Shown: positions 38,517-48,975 of the stretch, piece by piece
Layout: each line of letters starts with the position of its first letter
Numbering within the stretch: position 1 is the first letter of the stretch
Assembly: GCA_965213925.1 (NCBI GenBank)
Contig: OZ243927.1
Coordinates: 4,352,001 to 4,416,000 of the forward strand
Length of the DNA: 64,000 bases
DNA from: Trueperaceae bacterium
GTDB lineage: Bacteria > Deinococcota > Deinococci > Deinococcales > Trueperaceae
Direction: 5' to 3'
Translations under genes and position numbers: made by a program
Notes under the pieces: model-generated
What the model was told of the DNA's origin: nothing
The model's input: only the letters and a program-made list of their open reading frames with translations
The model's database searches: none

Positions 38517-39260
38517 ATGCCTACAATCGACGTTCGCTTCTTAGGCGGCTTGAGCGCCGCGCAGCAAAGTGCTTTTTCGGTCGCAGCGGCGCGGTGGCAA
38601 GAGGTCTTGCCCGCGCCACTGCCAGCGGTAACAGTGGACGGCGAAGTCACCGACGGCGTCATCATCGAGGCGGAGGGGGTTAATATCGACGGCAGCGGCA
38701 GCGTGTTGGGCTCGGCGGGTCCGACAGTCTTACGTCCTAACCTGCTCCTGCCCGTGAAAGGCATCATGCGCTTTGACATTGCGGATATTCGGCAGCTCGA
38801 GGCTGAGGGAACCTTCCAGAGCGTCATCTTGCACGAGATGGGGCACGTCTTAGGTATCGGCACGCTCTGGGTGCAACTCGGACTGCTGCGGGGCGCGGGT
38901 ACAGAAAATCCGACCTTTACGGGGCTAACAGCGCAAGCGGTCTACGGCGAGCTTTTGGACGCCCTCCAACCTCTCCCCGTGCCCGTCGCGAACACGGGCG
39001 GACCCGGCACGCGCGAAGGGCATTGGCGCGAGGCGGTCTTCGGCAACGAGTTGATGACAGGCTTTTTGTCCGGCGAATGCCAACCCCTGAGCCGCCTCAC
39101 CGCCGCGTCCCTGAGCGACTTAGGCTACGAGGTTGACGAGGGTGCGGCTGACCCTTACGCGCTCGGCGAAGCGTCGGATAGCGTCCAGGCACTCCCCCTT
39201 TGCAAGCGCGACATGATGAGACCCGAGCCCGTCGTTCTACCTGAAAGTGCGCTCCTCTAA
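38517..39260 (+). CDS. leishmanolysin-like zinc metallopeptidase
   Basis: HEMGHVLGIG, GHWRE, NELMTG. Confidence 0.88.
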   Translation: MPTIDVRFLGGLSAAQQSAFSVAAARWQEVLPAPLPAVTVDGEVTDGVIIEAEGVNIDGSGSVLGSAGPTVLRPNLLLPVKGIMRFDIADIRQLEAEGTFQSVILHEMGHVLGIGTLWVQLGLLRGAGTENPTFTGLTAQAVYGELLDALQPLPVPVANTGGPGTREGHWREAVFGNELMTGFLSGECQPLSRLTAASLSDLGYEVDEGAADPYALGEASDSVQALPLCKRDMMRPEPVVLPESALL

Positions 39261-39335
39261 ACGATTCAACGACGAGTATAGCGCCCGACATCCCCTCCAC
39301 AGGAGAGGTGTAGACTGGCTCTCCTGGAGGCTGCC

Positions 39336-40727
39336 GTGCGCACCCGCTCGCGTTTATTCACCCACACAGGCTTAACCCACAAAGTCGCGTTTCTCGCCGC
39401 GCCTTTAATCTTGCAAAACCTCTCGTACACCCTGTTGGGCGTGACGGATACCTTTTTCGTGTCTAGGGTCAGTACCGAAGCGGTGGGCGCAGTGGGCTTG
39501 GCGGGCGTGCTCTTCTTCTCGCTGATGCTCCTCTTTCGCTCGACGGCGGCGAGCAGCGTCGTCTTCGTCGGGCGGGCGCACGGCGCGAAGGATGACGCGG
39601 GCGTAGGCGAAGCGGTCTGGCAGGTGCTCAACATGATCGCGCTCCTCACGCTTTTAGCCTTGACGCTGCCTTGGGTCTTCACCTTTTTGTTTCAGTTTGC
39701 TGCCCCGGATGACGGCGCGGTGCTGGCGCTCGGCACGCAGTACTTGCAGATTCGGGCGTTTGAGGTTCCTTTAGCCATGTTCAACGGCGTGGTGTGGGGC
39801 TTTTTGGTCGGGCGCGGCGACTCGCGCACGCCGATGCTGTTAGCTTGGTTGCAGGTTTTAATCAACATTGTGCTCGACTGGTTTTTGGTCTTGGGCAACT
39901 TCGGGTTTCCGGCTTGGGGGGTCGCGGGTGCGGCGGTTGCGACGGTTGTGGCGAACGCCGTTGTCACGTTGGTCAGCGCGTGGCTTTTGTGGCGTCCGGC
40001 GGCGCACGCGCGTTTTGCGACGAGACGCGCCCGCCGTTCGACCTTGCCGCAACTGCGCCGCGTGCTCGCGACGGGGTTGCCGATGGGCGTAGGCGACTTT
40101 GTCGAGGTCGCGTCGTTCACCGCCTTTTTTGCGCTCATTGGGAGGCTCGGTACGGAGGTCTTAGCGGCGAACAACATCGCCTTGCAGTTTATGAGCCTCT
40201 CGTTCACGGCGGGGATTGCGGTGGCGCAGGCAAGCTCGAGCCTCGTCGCCCAGCATCTAGGCGCAGAAGAGCCCCAACAAGCCGAGCGCGTCGGCTACCG
40301 CGCGACCTTTTTGGGAATGGGGCTGATGGGTCTCATCGGGCTCAGCTACCTCATCGCGCCGACCTTTTTGATGCGAATCTTCAGCGACGACCCGCAAGTC
40401 ATTGCGGCGGGCGTCGCGATTTTGCGCCTCGTCGCGCTCTACCAAATTTTCGACGCGGCGGCGATTGTCTTAGGCGGCTCGCTCAATGGGGCAGGCGACA
40501 CGACCTACACCATGCTGATGCGGCTCTTTTTCGCCTGGGGGATGTTTATCCCGCTCTCGTACCTCTTAGCGTTTCCGCTCGGCTACGGGGTGAGAGGGGC
40601 GTGGGCTGGCGCGATGGTATATCTGGCAGGGCTCGCGCTCATCTATCTGTTGCGCTTTCGTTCGGGGCGGTGGAAGCGGTTGGACGTTGGGGTTGAAAGG
40701 AGAGCGTCAGCGGTGCCGAACAGTTAA
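39336..40727 (+). CDS. MATE family efflux transporter
   Basis: About 12 TMs; DTFFVSR, GRGDSRTPM, GAGDT. Confidence 0.92.
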   Translation: MRTRSRLFTHTGLTHKVAFLAAPLILQNLSYTLLGVTDTFFVSRVSTEAVGAVGLAGVLFFSLMLLFRSTAASSVVFVGRAHGAKDDAGVGEAVWQVLNMIALLTLLALTLPWVFTFLFQFAAPDDGAVLALGTQYLQIRAFEVPLAMFNGVVWGFLVGRGDSRTPMLLAWLQVLINIVLDWFLVLGNFGFPAWGVAGAAVATVVANAVVTLVSAWLLWRPAAHARFATRRARRSTLPQLRRVLATGLPMGVGDFVEVASFTAFFALIGRLGTEVLAANNIALQFMSLSFTAGIAVAQASSSLVAQHLGAEEPQQAERVGYRATFLGMGLMGLIGLSYLIAPTFLMRIFSDDPQVIAAGVAILRLVALYQIFDAAAIVLGGSLNGAGDTTYTMLMRLFFAWGMFIPLSYLLAFPLGYGVRGAWAGAMVYLAGLALIYLLRFRSGRWKRLDVGVERRASAVPNS

Positions 40728-40912
40728 AAGTAGCGTCTCTACATTCTCCGTCTCCAAAGCGTTCGAACGTTGCACCAGTAGACCACGCTGGAAAAGTTCC
40801 AGAAAGAGGCAAATGTAGGGGCGATTCATACAGTGATGAACATGTGCCCCTACGCCGCGCACTTCTTCGCGGAGAAAGATAATCGTATAAAATTCAAAGA
40901 GGTTGAGCAATA

Positions 40913-41023
40913 TAGCAGGTATCATCTGGTTTGAGCCAATCTCACGAGATAAAACATCGTTCAGCACGCACTTTAGGGGATGATACCTGCGTGATTCAAA
41001 CTCAGTACTTCTGATAACCGCTA
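40913..41023 (+). repeat. family B element, copy 3 (111 bp)
   Basis: Perfect GCAGGTATCATC...GATGATACCTGC stem; TAGC...GCTA ends. Confidence 0.75.
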
Positions 41024-41035
41024 TACTAAAAAGTA

Positions 41036-41066
41036 AAAAATGGAGGGAGGCTCGAGCCTCCCTCCA
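41036..41066 (-). terminator. terminator hairpin centred on GGCTCGAGCC
   Basis: TGGAGGGAGGCTCGAGCCTCCCTCCA perfect palindrome next to an A-tract. Confidence 0.8.
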
Positions 41067-41092
41067 TTCCAAACTTTGAAGCCGCGTAGACC

Positions 41093-41251
41093 CTAAGACT
41101 GATTCGCCTCCTCGACCTCTCCCTCCATCTTCTCGATCTGCTGCCTCAGCTCCTCTTTGCGCTCGGGGTCTTCCTCTTTGGCGTGCTCCTCGACGAGCAG
41201 ATTAAGCTCGGTCAGGGTCGGGCGTTCGCGTTTGGGTCTGTCGTCGTTCAT
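41093..41251 (-). CDS. 52-aa acidic coiled-coil micro-protein (not in ORF track)
   Basis: AAAGGA RBS; MNDDRPKRERPTLTELNLLVEEHAKEEDPERKEELRQQIEKMEGEVEEANQS. Confidence 0.65.
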   Translation of the reverse strand: MNDDRPKRERPTLTELNLLVEEHAKEEDPERKEELRQQIEKMEGEVEEANQS

Positions 41252-41382
41252 TGCGTTTCCTTTCTAGCGTTGTATCCGATGATTTGGCGGGGTGGCATAA
41301 TAGTAGTCAGGAATCAGCGGTCAGAATTCAGTAGACAGCGTAAAGCTCATCCACCGAATTTTGACCCCCGGCTGCTCACTCC

Positions 41383-42822
41383 CTACTGCGTCGCGGGCGC
41401 GTGCCACGACCTGCCGTGTTTGGCTAACAGCTCGTTCGCCTCGTCCGGTCCCCAACTGCCCGGCTCGTAAAAAGCGGGGTCTTCGTCGGAGTTTTCCCAG
41501 TTTTCTAACAAGGGCTTGACGATGCGCCACTGCGCCTCGACTTCGTCAGCGCGCATGAAGAGCGTCGGGTCGCCCATCATCACGTCTTGGATGAGCGTCT
41601 CATAGGCGTCGGGGTTGCCCCGGTTGAACTCTTGGTCGTAGTAAAAGTCCATGCTGGCTTTGGTGAGGTTAATTCCCTGCCCCGGACGTTTCGCGTCGAA
41701 GCGGAGTGTGATACCTTCATTCGGGACGAGCCGCAGAATCATCCGGTCTTGCTTGACGGGTTTATCGAGGTCAAAAGGAACATGCGGTGGTCTCTTGTAA
41801 ATGACGACGATTTCGCTCGACTTGGACTTGAGCCGCTTGCCGCAGCGCACGAAGAAGGGCACGTTCGCCCAGCGCCAGTTTTCGATGCGGAGTTCGACGG
41901 CGGCGTAGGTGCCCTGGCGAGAGTCCTCAGGTACCCCTTCCTCCTGCCGGTACGCCTTCGCCTCGCCGTTGCCCGTGTATTGCCCGATGATTGCCTGCGA
42001 CGGATTCACGCACTTCATCGCCTGGAAAACTTTGACCTTCTCGTCGCGGACGCTCTTGGCGTCGTAGCGCGAGGGGGGCTCGGTGGCGGTCAGGGCGACG
42101 AGCTGCAAGAGGTGGTTCTGGAAGACGTCGCGAATCACGCCCGCCTCTTCGTAGAACGAGCCGCGCCCGCCGATGCCGATGGGCTCCGCCATCGTGACCT
42201 GCACGTGGTCCACGTACTGCGCGCTCCAGGTCGGCTCGAAGATGGTGTTGGCGAAGCGCAAAGCGGCGATATTCTGCGCGGTCTCTTTGGCTAAGTAGTG
42301 GTCGATGCGGTAGATTTGCTGCTCTTGAAAGTTCGCCTGGACGATGTCGTTGAGTTCTTTGGCGCTCTCCAAGTCGTGTCCGAAGGGTTTTTCGATGACG
42401 ACTCGAGCCGAGCCCTCTCTGTTGAGCCCGACCTCGCCCAAGTTCTTGACGATGTCGGTATAGGTGCCGGGCGGCGTCGAGGTGTAGAAGATGTGGGTGT
42501 CAATGTCAAGTGAGTCCAAGTGCTCCTTGAGTCCTTTGAAGGCCTCCACCTCGGTATATGAGCCCGAGACGAACGAGAAGCGCGGCGCGAGCGAACCCCA
42601 GCTCTCCTCATCGAAGTTGTCCGAGTCGTACTCCTTGAGCGCTTTTTTCATCTCTTCGCGCAGGTCGTCGTCCGACCAGTCGCGGCGAGAGAAGCCGACG
42701 ATTTGCGTGTCCTTGTTGAGTGCGCCCGTGCGGTGCAGGGCGTACAGGGCGGGCATCAGCTTGCGGGCGGCGAGGTCGCCCGTGATGCCGAAAATGACGA
42801 ATGCACAAGGTGGAATGTCCAT
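41383..42822 (-). CDS. zwf: glucose-6-phosphate 1-dehydrogenase
   Basis: GITGDLA, EKPFG, RIDHYLAKE. Confidence 0.97.
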   Translation of the reverse strand: MDIPPCAFVIFGITGDLAARKLMPALYALHRTGALNKDTQIVGFSRRDWSDDDLREEMKKALKEYDSDNFDEESWGSLAPRFSFVSGSYTEVEAFKGLKEHLDSLDIDTHIFYTSTPPGTYTDIVKNLGEVGLNREGSARVVIEKPFGHDLESAKELNDIVQANFQEQQIYRIDHYLAKETAQNIAALRFANTIFEPTWSAQYVDHVQVTMAEPIGIGGRGSFYEEAGVIRDVFQNHLLQLVALTATEPPSRYDAKSVRDEKVKVFQAMKCVNPSQAIIGQYTGNGEAKAYRQEEGVPEDSRQGTYAAVELRIENWRWANVPFFVRCGKRLKSKSSEIVVIYKRPPHVPFDLDKPVKQDRMILRLVPNEGITLRFDAKRPGQGINLTKASMDFYYDQEFNRGNPDAYETLIQDVMMGDPTLFMRADEVEAQWRIVKPLLENWENSDEDPAFYEPGSWGPDEANELLAKHGRSWHAPATQ

Positions 42823-43736
42823 TAAGCCTCCTCTTTCTCTTTTCGTTTAACACTGTGACCGCCGAACTCGTTACGCAACGCGGCGGCGACTTTGGCAGCG
42901 AAGGAGTCTTGCTGGCGGCTCGAGAACCGCGCGTAGAGTGACGCGGCAATCGCAGGCGTGGGCACGGCGTGGTTCACACCATACTCCACCGTCCAGCGGC
43001 CCATGCCCGAGTCGTTGACAAACGCTTCGATATTCTCTAAACGTCTGTCCTCTTCTAACGCGCTGATAGTCAACTCTAAAAGCCATGAGCGAATCACCGA
43101 GCCGTTCGTCCAGAGCTTGGCAATCTGGTGCAAATCAAGCTCCGCGTGTTCATAGGACGCCAGTATCTCAAACCCCTCCCCGTAAGACTGCATCAGCGCG
43201 TACTCGACGCCGTTATGGACCATCTTAACAAAGTGACCGCTACCGGCTGGACCGACGTGGGCGTAGCCGCCTTCAGGTGCGAGAGCTTTTAAGGCAGGCT
43301 CGATGTCGCCAAACGCCTTGTCGCTGCCGCCGACCATGAGGTTATAACCTTCGCGCAGCCCCCAGATGCCGCCCGAGATGCCCGCGTCTACGAAGTGAAC
43401 GCCTGCCTCTTCTGCTTTTCGGTCTCTCGAGCGCGTGTCCCGCCAGTCGCTATTCGCCCCGTCTACTAAAACGTCGCCCGCCTCCAGTAACGAGAGCGCC
43501 TGCGTCACGCTCTTCTCGGTAATCTCACCCGAGGGGAGCATGAGCCAGAGGACGCGGGGCGGCTCGAGTTGGCTGACCATATCTTCCACGCTGCTTGAAG
43601 GCGACGCCCCCTCGTCCGCCAACCTCTTAACCGCCTCCTCAGAAATATCGAAAACCACGACCTCATGACCGTGCTGCATAAGCCGCCGCGTCATATCGCC
43701 GCCCATCTTGCCGAGCCCCACTATGCCTAATTTCAC
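42822..43736 (-). CDS. gnd: decarboxylating 6-phosphogluconate dehydrogenase (short type)
   Basis: GLGKMG, GHFVKMVHNGVEY, LRNEFGGH. Confidence 0.95.
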   Translation of the reverse strand: MKLGIVGLGKMGGDMTRRLMQHGHEVVVFDISEEAVKRLADEGASPSSSVEDMVSQLEPPRVLWLMLPSGEITEKSVTQALSLLEAGDVLVDGANSDWRDTRSRDRKAEEAGVHFVDAGISGGIWGLREGYNLMVGGSDKAFGDIEPALKALAPEGGYAHVGPAGSGHFVKMVHNGVEYALMQSYGEGFEILASYEHAELDLHQIAKLWTNGSVIRSWLLELTISALEEDRRLENIEAFVNDSGMGRWTVEYGVNHAVPTPAIAASLYARFSSRQQDSFAAKVAAALRNEFGGHSVKRKEKEEA

Positions 43737-43941
43737 GTAAGACCTCCATAGACGTTCTTTAACCTCTTACACCGACACCGTTATCAGTCTCTCATCAATT
43801 TCTCGTTGACCTCTCGCTTGTCATCTCACGCCGTTCTGCTCTGATGCTACACGTTTATATGAACGCATGTGTGTAGGCTGCTTGGCGGAACGCTCGCGGG
43901 ACGCTTCAAACGCTACCTTTACAAGCAACATGGAGGCAAGC

Positions 43942-44289
43942 ATGAGCACCCCACCGACACCTTACAGCCAAGATGAGATGCAACGTTTAGAAAGACTGCT
44001 TTTAGACTTCGATGTCGTAAAAAAAGCCGTCGAGGTTCACCCGGACTTTGAGACGATTCTACGCGACTATCCCGCAGCCGAGGCAGGTATTGAGCGCTCC
44101 TCGCGCGTTGCCGCCGAAGCGTGGCAAGTGGTCATCCTCTCGAAGAACACGCCCGAGTCGGTTCTTCTCGAGACGCCCCAATACGTGGACACCTTCGTCA
44201 ACCTTCTAAGCGTGAGCGTCTACGTGCTGAGCCACTGGCTGCGCATTTTAGAAGGTAACACGTTGCCGACGATACGCGTTTTGAACTGA
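43942..44289 (+). CDS. hypothetical protein
   Basis: GGAGG RBS before ATG 43942. Confidence 0.65.
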   Translation: MSTPPTPYSQDEMQRLERLLLDFDVVKKAVEVHPDFETILRDYPAAEAGIERSSRVAAEAWQVVILSKNTPESVLLETPQYVDTFVNLLSVSVYVLSHWLRILEGNTLPTIRVLN

Positions 44290-44295
44290 TAGCAG

Positions 44296-44470
44296 TAGCA
44301 TTTCCACGTTTCTTTGCTGTAGCAAAGAAACGTGCGAGCGGATGCGAGAAGAAACAGACGCAATCAGTTGGTGCAGCGAAGTGTGGAAATGCTGCAGGTA
44401 CCATCTGGTCAAAAACATTCTCACTATAAAAAACACTGTTCAACACGCACGTTCAGAGATGAGGTTCCGT
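44296..44470. repeat. IR-bounded segment fused to a degenerate family B core (copy 4)
   Basis: AGCATTTCCAC...GTGGAAATGCT arms; then GCAGGTACCATCTGGTC...CTCAC...ACACGCAC...GATGA. Confidence 0.6.
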
Positions 44471-44561
44471 TACAGCAAGCTGTGAAATCTGCGGCGTTCT
44501 GTTTCAGTATGTCGTGGAACTTCTGATACCTACCTTTTTCACCTCACAACCCAGATAGCTC

Positions 44562-44585
44562 AACAAGGGGTTGCAACCCCTTGTT
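44562..44585. repeat. perfect 24-bp palindrome (REP-like or operator)
   Basis: AACAAGGGGTTG-CAACCCCTTGTT, about 16 nt upstream of the TAGACT -10 box of the SDR gene. Confidence 0.65.
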
Positions 44586-44614
44586 CATGTCGGATGCCGT
44601 ATTAGACTGTCTCC

Positions 44615-45376
44615 ATGAGTTTTCAAAACAGATGCGCCGTCGTGACAGGTGGCGCTCAGGGTATCGGACGGGCGACGGTCAAACACCTCTTAGAACAAGG
44701 GGCAAAAGTCGTCGTCGCAGACACGGACGCCGAAGCGGGACAAGAGGTCGTCGAGACGTATTTAGATGTAGGTGAGGTCCATTTTGCGCAGGTGGACGTC
44801 TCGAGCGAAACCTCTGTGGAATCGTTGGTCTCCGAGACGGTCGAGCGCTTAGGTGGCTTGGATTACCTCGTTAACAACGCAGGTACGATGATTCGCAAGC
44901 CTATTACCGAACTGAGTTTGGACGAGTGGAACGAGGTTTTAGGCATTAACCTCACGGGGATGTTTCTCTGCACGAAGTACGCCGCGCCGCATCTGAAAGA
45001 GGGTCAGGGAGCGGTGGTGAATGTCGCCTCGAGCCGCGCGGTCATGTCCGAGCCCAACACCGAGTCTTACGCCGCTTCGAAAGGGGGCGTCGTCGCACTG
45101 ACGCACGCGCTCAGCGTCAGTTTAGGACCGGACGTGCGCGTGAACGCTGTGAGCCCCGGCTGGATTTCGGTGAGCGAGTGGCAGAAAGAAGCGGAGCGTG
45201 ACGACGCCTCACTTCGCCCGGTAGACCACGAGCAGCATCCGGTGGGACGGGTCGGCAAGCCGGAAGATGTCGCAAAGCTGATCGGCTATCTGCTCTCGGA
45301 TGAGAGCGGCTTTATCACCGGGCAGAACTTCGTGATAGACGGCGGTATGACGCGCAAGATGATCTATGCGGAGTAA
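44615..45376 (+). CDS. classical SDR oxidoreductase
   Basis: TGGAQGIG, NNAG, YAASK, ITGQNFVIDGG. Confidence 0.92.
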   Translation: MSFQNRCAVVTGGAQGIGRATVKHLLEQGAKVVVADTDAEAGQEVVETYLDVGEVHFAQVDVSSETSVESLVSETVERLGGLDYLVNNAGTMIRKPITELSLDEWNEVLGINLTGMFLCTKYAAPHLKEGQGAVVNVASSRAVMSEPNTESYAASKGGVVALTHALSVSLGPDVRVNAVSPGWISVSEWQKEAERDDASLRPVDHEQHPVGRVGKPEDVAKLIGYLLSDESGFITGQNFVIDGGMTRKMIYAE

Positions 45377-45569
45377 ACCTTCGCGAGACCATCTTACTCT
45401 GCAAATGATAAACCCATCTTTTCACTCTTCTCAAACGCCTTCCTACAAGCGCGACTAAAAGGCCACAGAGCGTAGGAAAAGCTCGCACGAGACAATGTGG
45501 GATACGCTGTCAAAGCGCCCTATAAACTCCCGGTAGGATGAACCAAACGCTTCTGAACGGAGAGAGATA

Positions 45570-46136
45570 ATGAAACGACGGACAACTTTTTTTCTTACAG
45601 CACTACTTTGCGCGGGGCTCACCTACGCTCAAACTACGGGGGGCGCATCTCCGTCCGAAAGCGCGAACCTAGTCGCGACCGCCGAGATTATAGACGCGGA
45701 CGGCAACGTCATCGGCGACGCGAACTTCACCACGGGCGTGGACGACTCGAGCTTCGTCACGGTTCAAATCGGTCTCTCAGAAGGCTCGGGGCTCGCGCCG
45801 GGCGAGCACGGCGTTCACGTCCACGAGGTGGGCGAATGCAGCGCGCCCGACTTTGAGAGCGCGGGCGGACACTACAATCCGACGGGCGCGCAGCACGGTC
45901 TGCTCAACCCGGAGGGACCCCACGCGGGCGACTTGCCCAACCTCATGGTGAGTCAGAACGGCACTGTAGACTATGTTGTGACAACAGCGCTTGTCACGGC
46001 GAGTGACGGGGAGCGTACGCTCTTTGACGGGGACGGCAGTGCATTGATGATTCACGCAGGGGCGGATGATTACGTGACAGATTCCAGCGGCGACAGCGGC
46101 AGCCGCGTAGCGTGCGGTGTCATTACGCAGCCTTGA
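45570..46136 (+). CDS. sodC: secreted Cu/Zn superoxide dismutase
   Basis: Signal peptide; HVHE, GGHYNP, HG, HAGDL, IHA, SGSRVACG. Confidence 0.92.
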   Translation: MKRRTTFFLTALLCAGLTYAQTTGGASPSESANLVATAEIIDADGNVIGDANFTTGVDDSSFVTVQIGLSEGSGLAPGEHGVHVHEVGECSAPDFESAGGHYNPTGAQHGLLNPEGPHAGDLPNLMVSQNGTVDYVVTTALVTASDGERTLFDGDGSALMIHAGADDYVTDSSGDSGSRVACGVITQP

Positions 46137-46359
46137 CGTCAAGCTATCCGCAAAATAGCGAACGCGCTAAGGGTAAGTAGAGCGTCCCTAGCAGGACGCT
46201 CTTTTCTGATACAACGGGAGTCTCTGCAATCTTTTAGGCAGCGTAAAGGACAAACTGTAAGGCAAGGCAAGGCGCGGCAATCCGCAGCCGCCTAACATAA
46301 TGCTGTCCAGGCTTTCTAATTCGAGAGAGCCACCATGTACATTTCAAGGGGGTAAAGAG

Positions 46360-47115
46360 ATGGATGATAGAAAGATGAACGATAGAAGAGACGAGTACGG
46401 ACGTTACGGATCAGGTAACTACGGATCAGATAACTACGGAGCAAAGAACGATCAAACAGGACGCTATAATAGTCAAGATCGCAAAGAGGACGCAGGCGCG
46501 GGCATAGCCGCCGCTGTTGTCGGTACCGTTCTTTTAGGCGTCGGGAGCTACCTCATCTACCGCGGCGTGGCGAAGCAAGGGGGCTCGAGCAGCCGTAACA
46601 CCGGCACTTACGGGCAAAACCGCGGGGGTGGCAGTCAGGGTGAAGCCCAGCGTGTGCGCGAGAGCGTCACCATCAACAAGAGCGCCTCGGAGCTGTATCA
46701 CTACTGGCGGCACCTCAGCAACCTCTCCGACATCATGAGCCACTTGGAGTCGGTCACGGAGAAGACCGACACGCGCTCACATTGGGTGGCGCGCGGTCCG
46801 GTCGGCACCAATGTCGAGTGGGACGCCGAAGTCACCCAGGATATCGAGAATCAGCTCATCGCTTGGAAAGCGGTGGAGGACGCCGACGTGCAGAACGAAG
46901 GCAGCGTGACCTTCGCCGAAGCGCCGGGCGGACGCGGTACCGAGGTGCGCGTCAACCTGACCTATCACCCACCGGGCGGACAGCTCGGCGCAGCCGTCGC
47001 TAAGCTCTTCGGCGAGGAGCCCTCGCAGCAGCTCAGCGACGACTTGCGCCGCTTTAAGCAGCGCATGGAAACGGGCGTCACCGCGACGACGCAGGGTCAG
47101 CCGAGCGGAAACTAG
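46360..47115 (+). CDS. SRPBCC (cyclase/dehydrase-like) protein with N-terminal TM
   Basis: ESVTINK..ELYHYWR..SHWVARGP..VEWDAE..DDLRRFKQ. Confidence 0.88.
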   Translation: MDDRKMNDRRDEYGRYGSGNYGSDNYGAKNDQTGRYNSQDRKEDAGAGIAAAVVGTVLLGVGSYLIYRGVAKQGGSSSRNTGTYGQNRGGGSQGEAQRVRESVTINKSASELYHYWRHLSNLSDIMSHLESVTEKTDTRSHWVARGPVGTNVEWDAEVTQDIENQLIAWKAVEDADVQNEGSVTFAEAPGGRGTEVRVNLTYHPPGGQLGAAVAKLFGEEPSQQLSDDLRRFKQRMETGVTATTQGQPSGN

Positions 47116-47294
47116 AGGGACAAACGGGGCGCACCTTTCGGGGTGCGTCCCTCTTCTATTTTAGATTTGTAGTGAGGTTGAGGCTCGAGCGTTCCCAACT
47201 TCCTGTATACGGTATCGACTGCTTGGAACGCAACTCACCGAAATTTCTCGAGATTACGCATTTAATCCCAACAAAAACTTTATAGGGGGGCATC

Positions 47295-48464
47295 ATGAAA
47301 GCACTTTGCTGGTACGGTTCGAACGACGTCCGCGTCGAGCGGGTTCCTGACCCGGAACTCCTCACCCCGCGCGACGCCATCATCAAGGTCACGTCCACCG
47401 CGATTTGCGGCTCCGACTTGCACCTTTACGACGGGTTCATCCCGACGATGGAAAAAGGGGATATTTTAGGGCACGAGTTTATGGGCGAAGTTGTCGAGGT
47501 GGGCGCAGAGGTCACGAACCTCTCGGTCGGAGACCGCGTCGTCGTCCCCTTTCCTATCGCGTGCGGCGACTGCTACTTCTGCCGCAACGAGCTGTATTCG
47601 CTATGCGATAACTCGAACCCGAGCACCGTTTTAGCAGAGACCATGTTCGGTCATGCGCCCGCCGGGATTTTCGGCTACTCGCACCTCATGGGCGGCTACG
47701 CGGGCGGGCAAGCGGAGTACGTGCGCGTGCCCTTCGCGGACGTCGGTCCGTACAAGGTGCCCGAAAGCCTCACGGATGACCAGGTTCTTTTCTTGACCGA
47801 TATCTTGCCGACGGGCTACCAAGCGGCGGAAAATTGCAATATTCAGGGCGGCGACACCGTCGCGGTGTGGGGCTGCGGTCCGGTGGGGCTCTTCGCCATC
47901 AAGAGTGCCTATTTGCTCGGCGCGGAGCGCGTGATTGCGATTGACCGCGTCGAGGAGCGTCTGGCGATGGCGAAAACCTTCGGCGGCGCGGAGGTCATCA
48001 ACTATGAGGAGAGGGACGTTATCGAGACCCTGCGGGAGATGACGGCGGGACGCGGACCAGATTCGTGCATCGACGCGGTGGGCATGGAAGCGCACGGCGC
48101 GGGCGTCTTGGACGTGTTCGACAAGGCGAAGCAGGCGGTGATGCTCCAGACGGGACGCCCCATCGTCCTACGCGAAGCCATCCAAATTTGCCGCAAAGGG
48201 GGCACGGTCTCGCTCGGCGGGGTGTACGGCGGCATCTTAGATAAGATTCCACTGGGCGCTGCCTTCAACAAGGGGCTTACCTTCAAGATGGGGCAAACGC
48301 ACGTCCACCGCTATTTGGAAACTTTGACCGAGCGCATCTTAGATGGAGCGCTTGACCCCTCGAGGATCATCACCCACCACATGAGCCTGGATGACGCCCC
48401 GCACGGCTACGATATCTTTAAGAATAAAGAGGATAGCTGCGTGAAGGTGGTGCTGCAACCGTAG
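47295..48464 (+). CDS. zinc-dependent alcohol/formaldehyde dehydrogenase
   Basis: ICGSDLH, GHEFMG, CGDCYFC..C, GCGPVG. Confidence 0.93.
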   Translation: MKALCWYGSNDVRVERVPDPELLTPRDAIIKVTSTAICGSDLHLYDGFIPTMEKGDILGHEFMGEVVEVGAEVTNLSVGDRVVVPFPIACGDCYFCRNELYSLCDNSNPSTVLAETMFGHAPAGIFGYSHLMGGYAGGQAEYVRVPFADVGPYKVPESLTDDQVLFLTDILPTGYQAAENCNIQGGDTVAVWGCGPVGLFAIKSAYLLGAERVIAIDRVEERLAMAKTFGGAEVINYEERDVIETLREMTAGRGPDSCIDAVGMEAHGAGVLDVFDKAKQAVMLQTGRPIVLREAIQICRKGGTVSLGGVYGGILDKIPLGAAFNKGLTFKMGQTHVHRYLETLTERILDGALDPSRIITHHMSLDDAPHGYDIFKNKEDSCVKVVLQP

Positions 48465-48967
48465 TGGACGCGCAGAATCAGCGAGACGAGAAGGTCCGCG
48501 TCGTACCAGAACAGAGCACAGAAAGAGGTCTCTTCCGCGCGGGCATGGTTTTAGGCTTCGGGCTCGGCGGCTTCTTCGACGGGATTGTGCTCCATCAAGT
48601 CTTGCAGTGGCACCATATGGTCTCGAACTGGCGCACCGCGCAGACGCTCGCGGGGCTCAGGCTGAACACGCTCGCGGACGGCGTGTTTCACCTCTTCACG
48701 TACAGCTTTACAATTGTCGGCATCGTTCTCTTGTGGCGCGTCGGCTTGCGGGCGGGGGCACCGCTTTCGCGGCAGCGTCTCTTCGGCGCGGTTCTTGTCG
48801 GCTTCGGCAGCTTCCACGTGTTCGACGAAATTGTAGACCACCGCCTCTTGGGGCTGCACCACATCAAGCCGGGACCGAACGAGTTGGCGTGGGATTTAGG
48901 GTTTTTTGCCGTAGGACTAGTGCTCGTCTTTTTGGGCGTAACGCTGTGGCGCAGGGCAGAAAGATAG
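48464..48967 (+). CDS. DUF2243 membrane protein
   Basis: GGFFDGIVLHQVLQWHHM, DGVFH, DHRLLGLHH. Confidence 0.85.
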   Translation: MDAQNQRDEKVRVVPEQSTERGLFRAGMVLGFGLGGFFDGIVLHQVLQWHHMVSNWRTAQTLAGLRLNTLADGVFHLFTYSFTIVGIVLLWRVGLRAGAPLSRQRLFGAVLVGFGSFHVFDEIVDHRLLGLHHIKPGPNELAWDLGFFAVGLVLVFLGVTLWRRAER

Positions 48968-48975
48968 AGGATGAG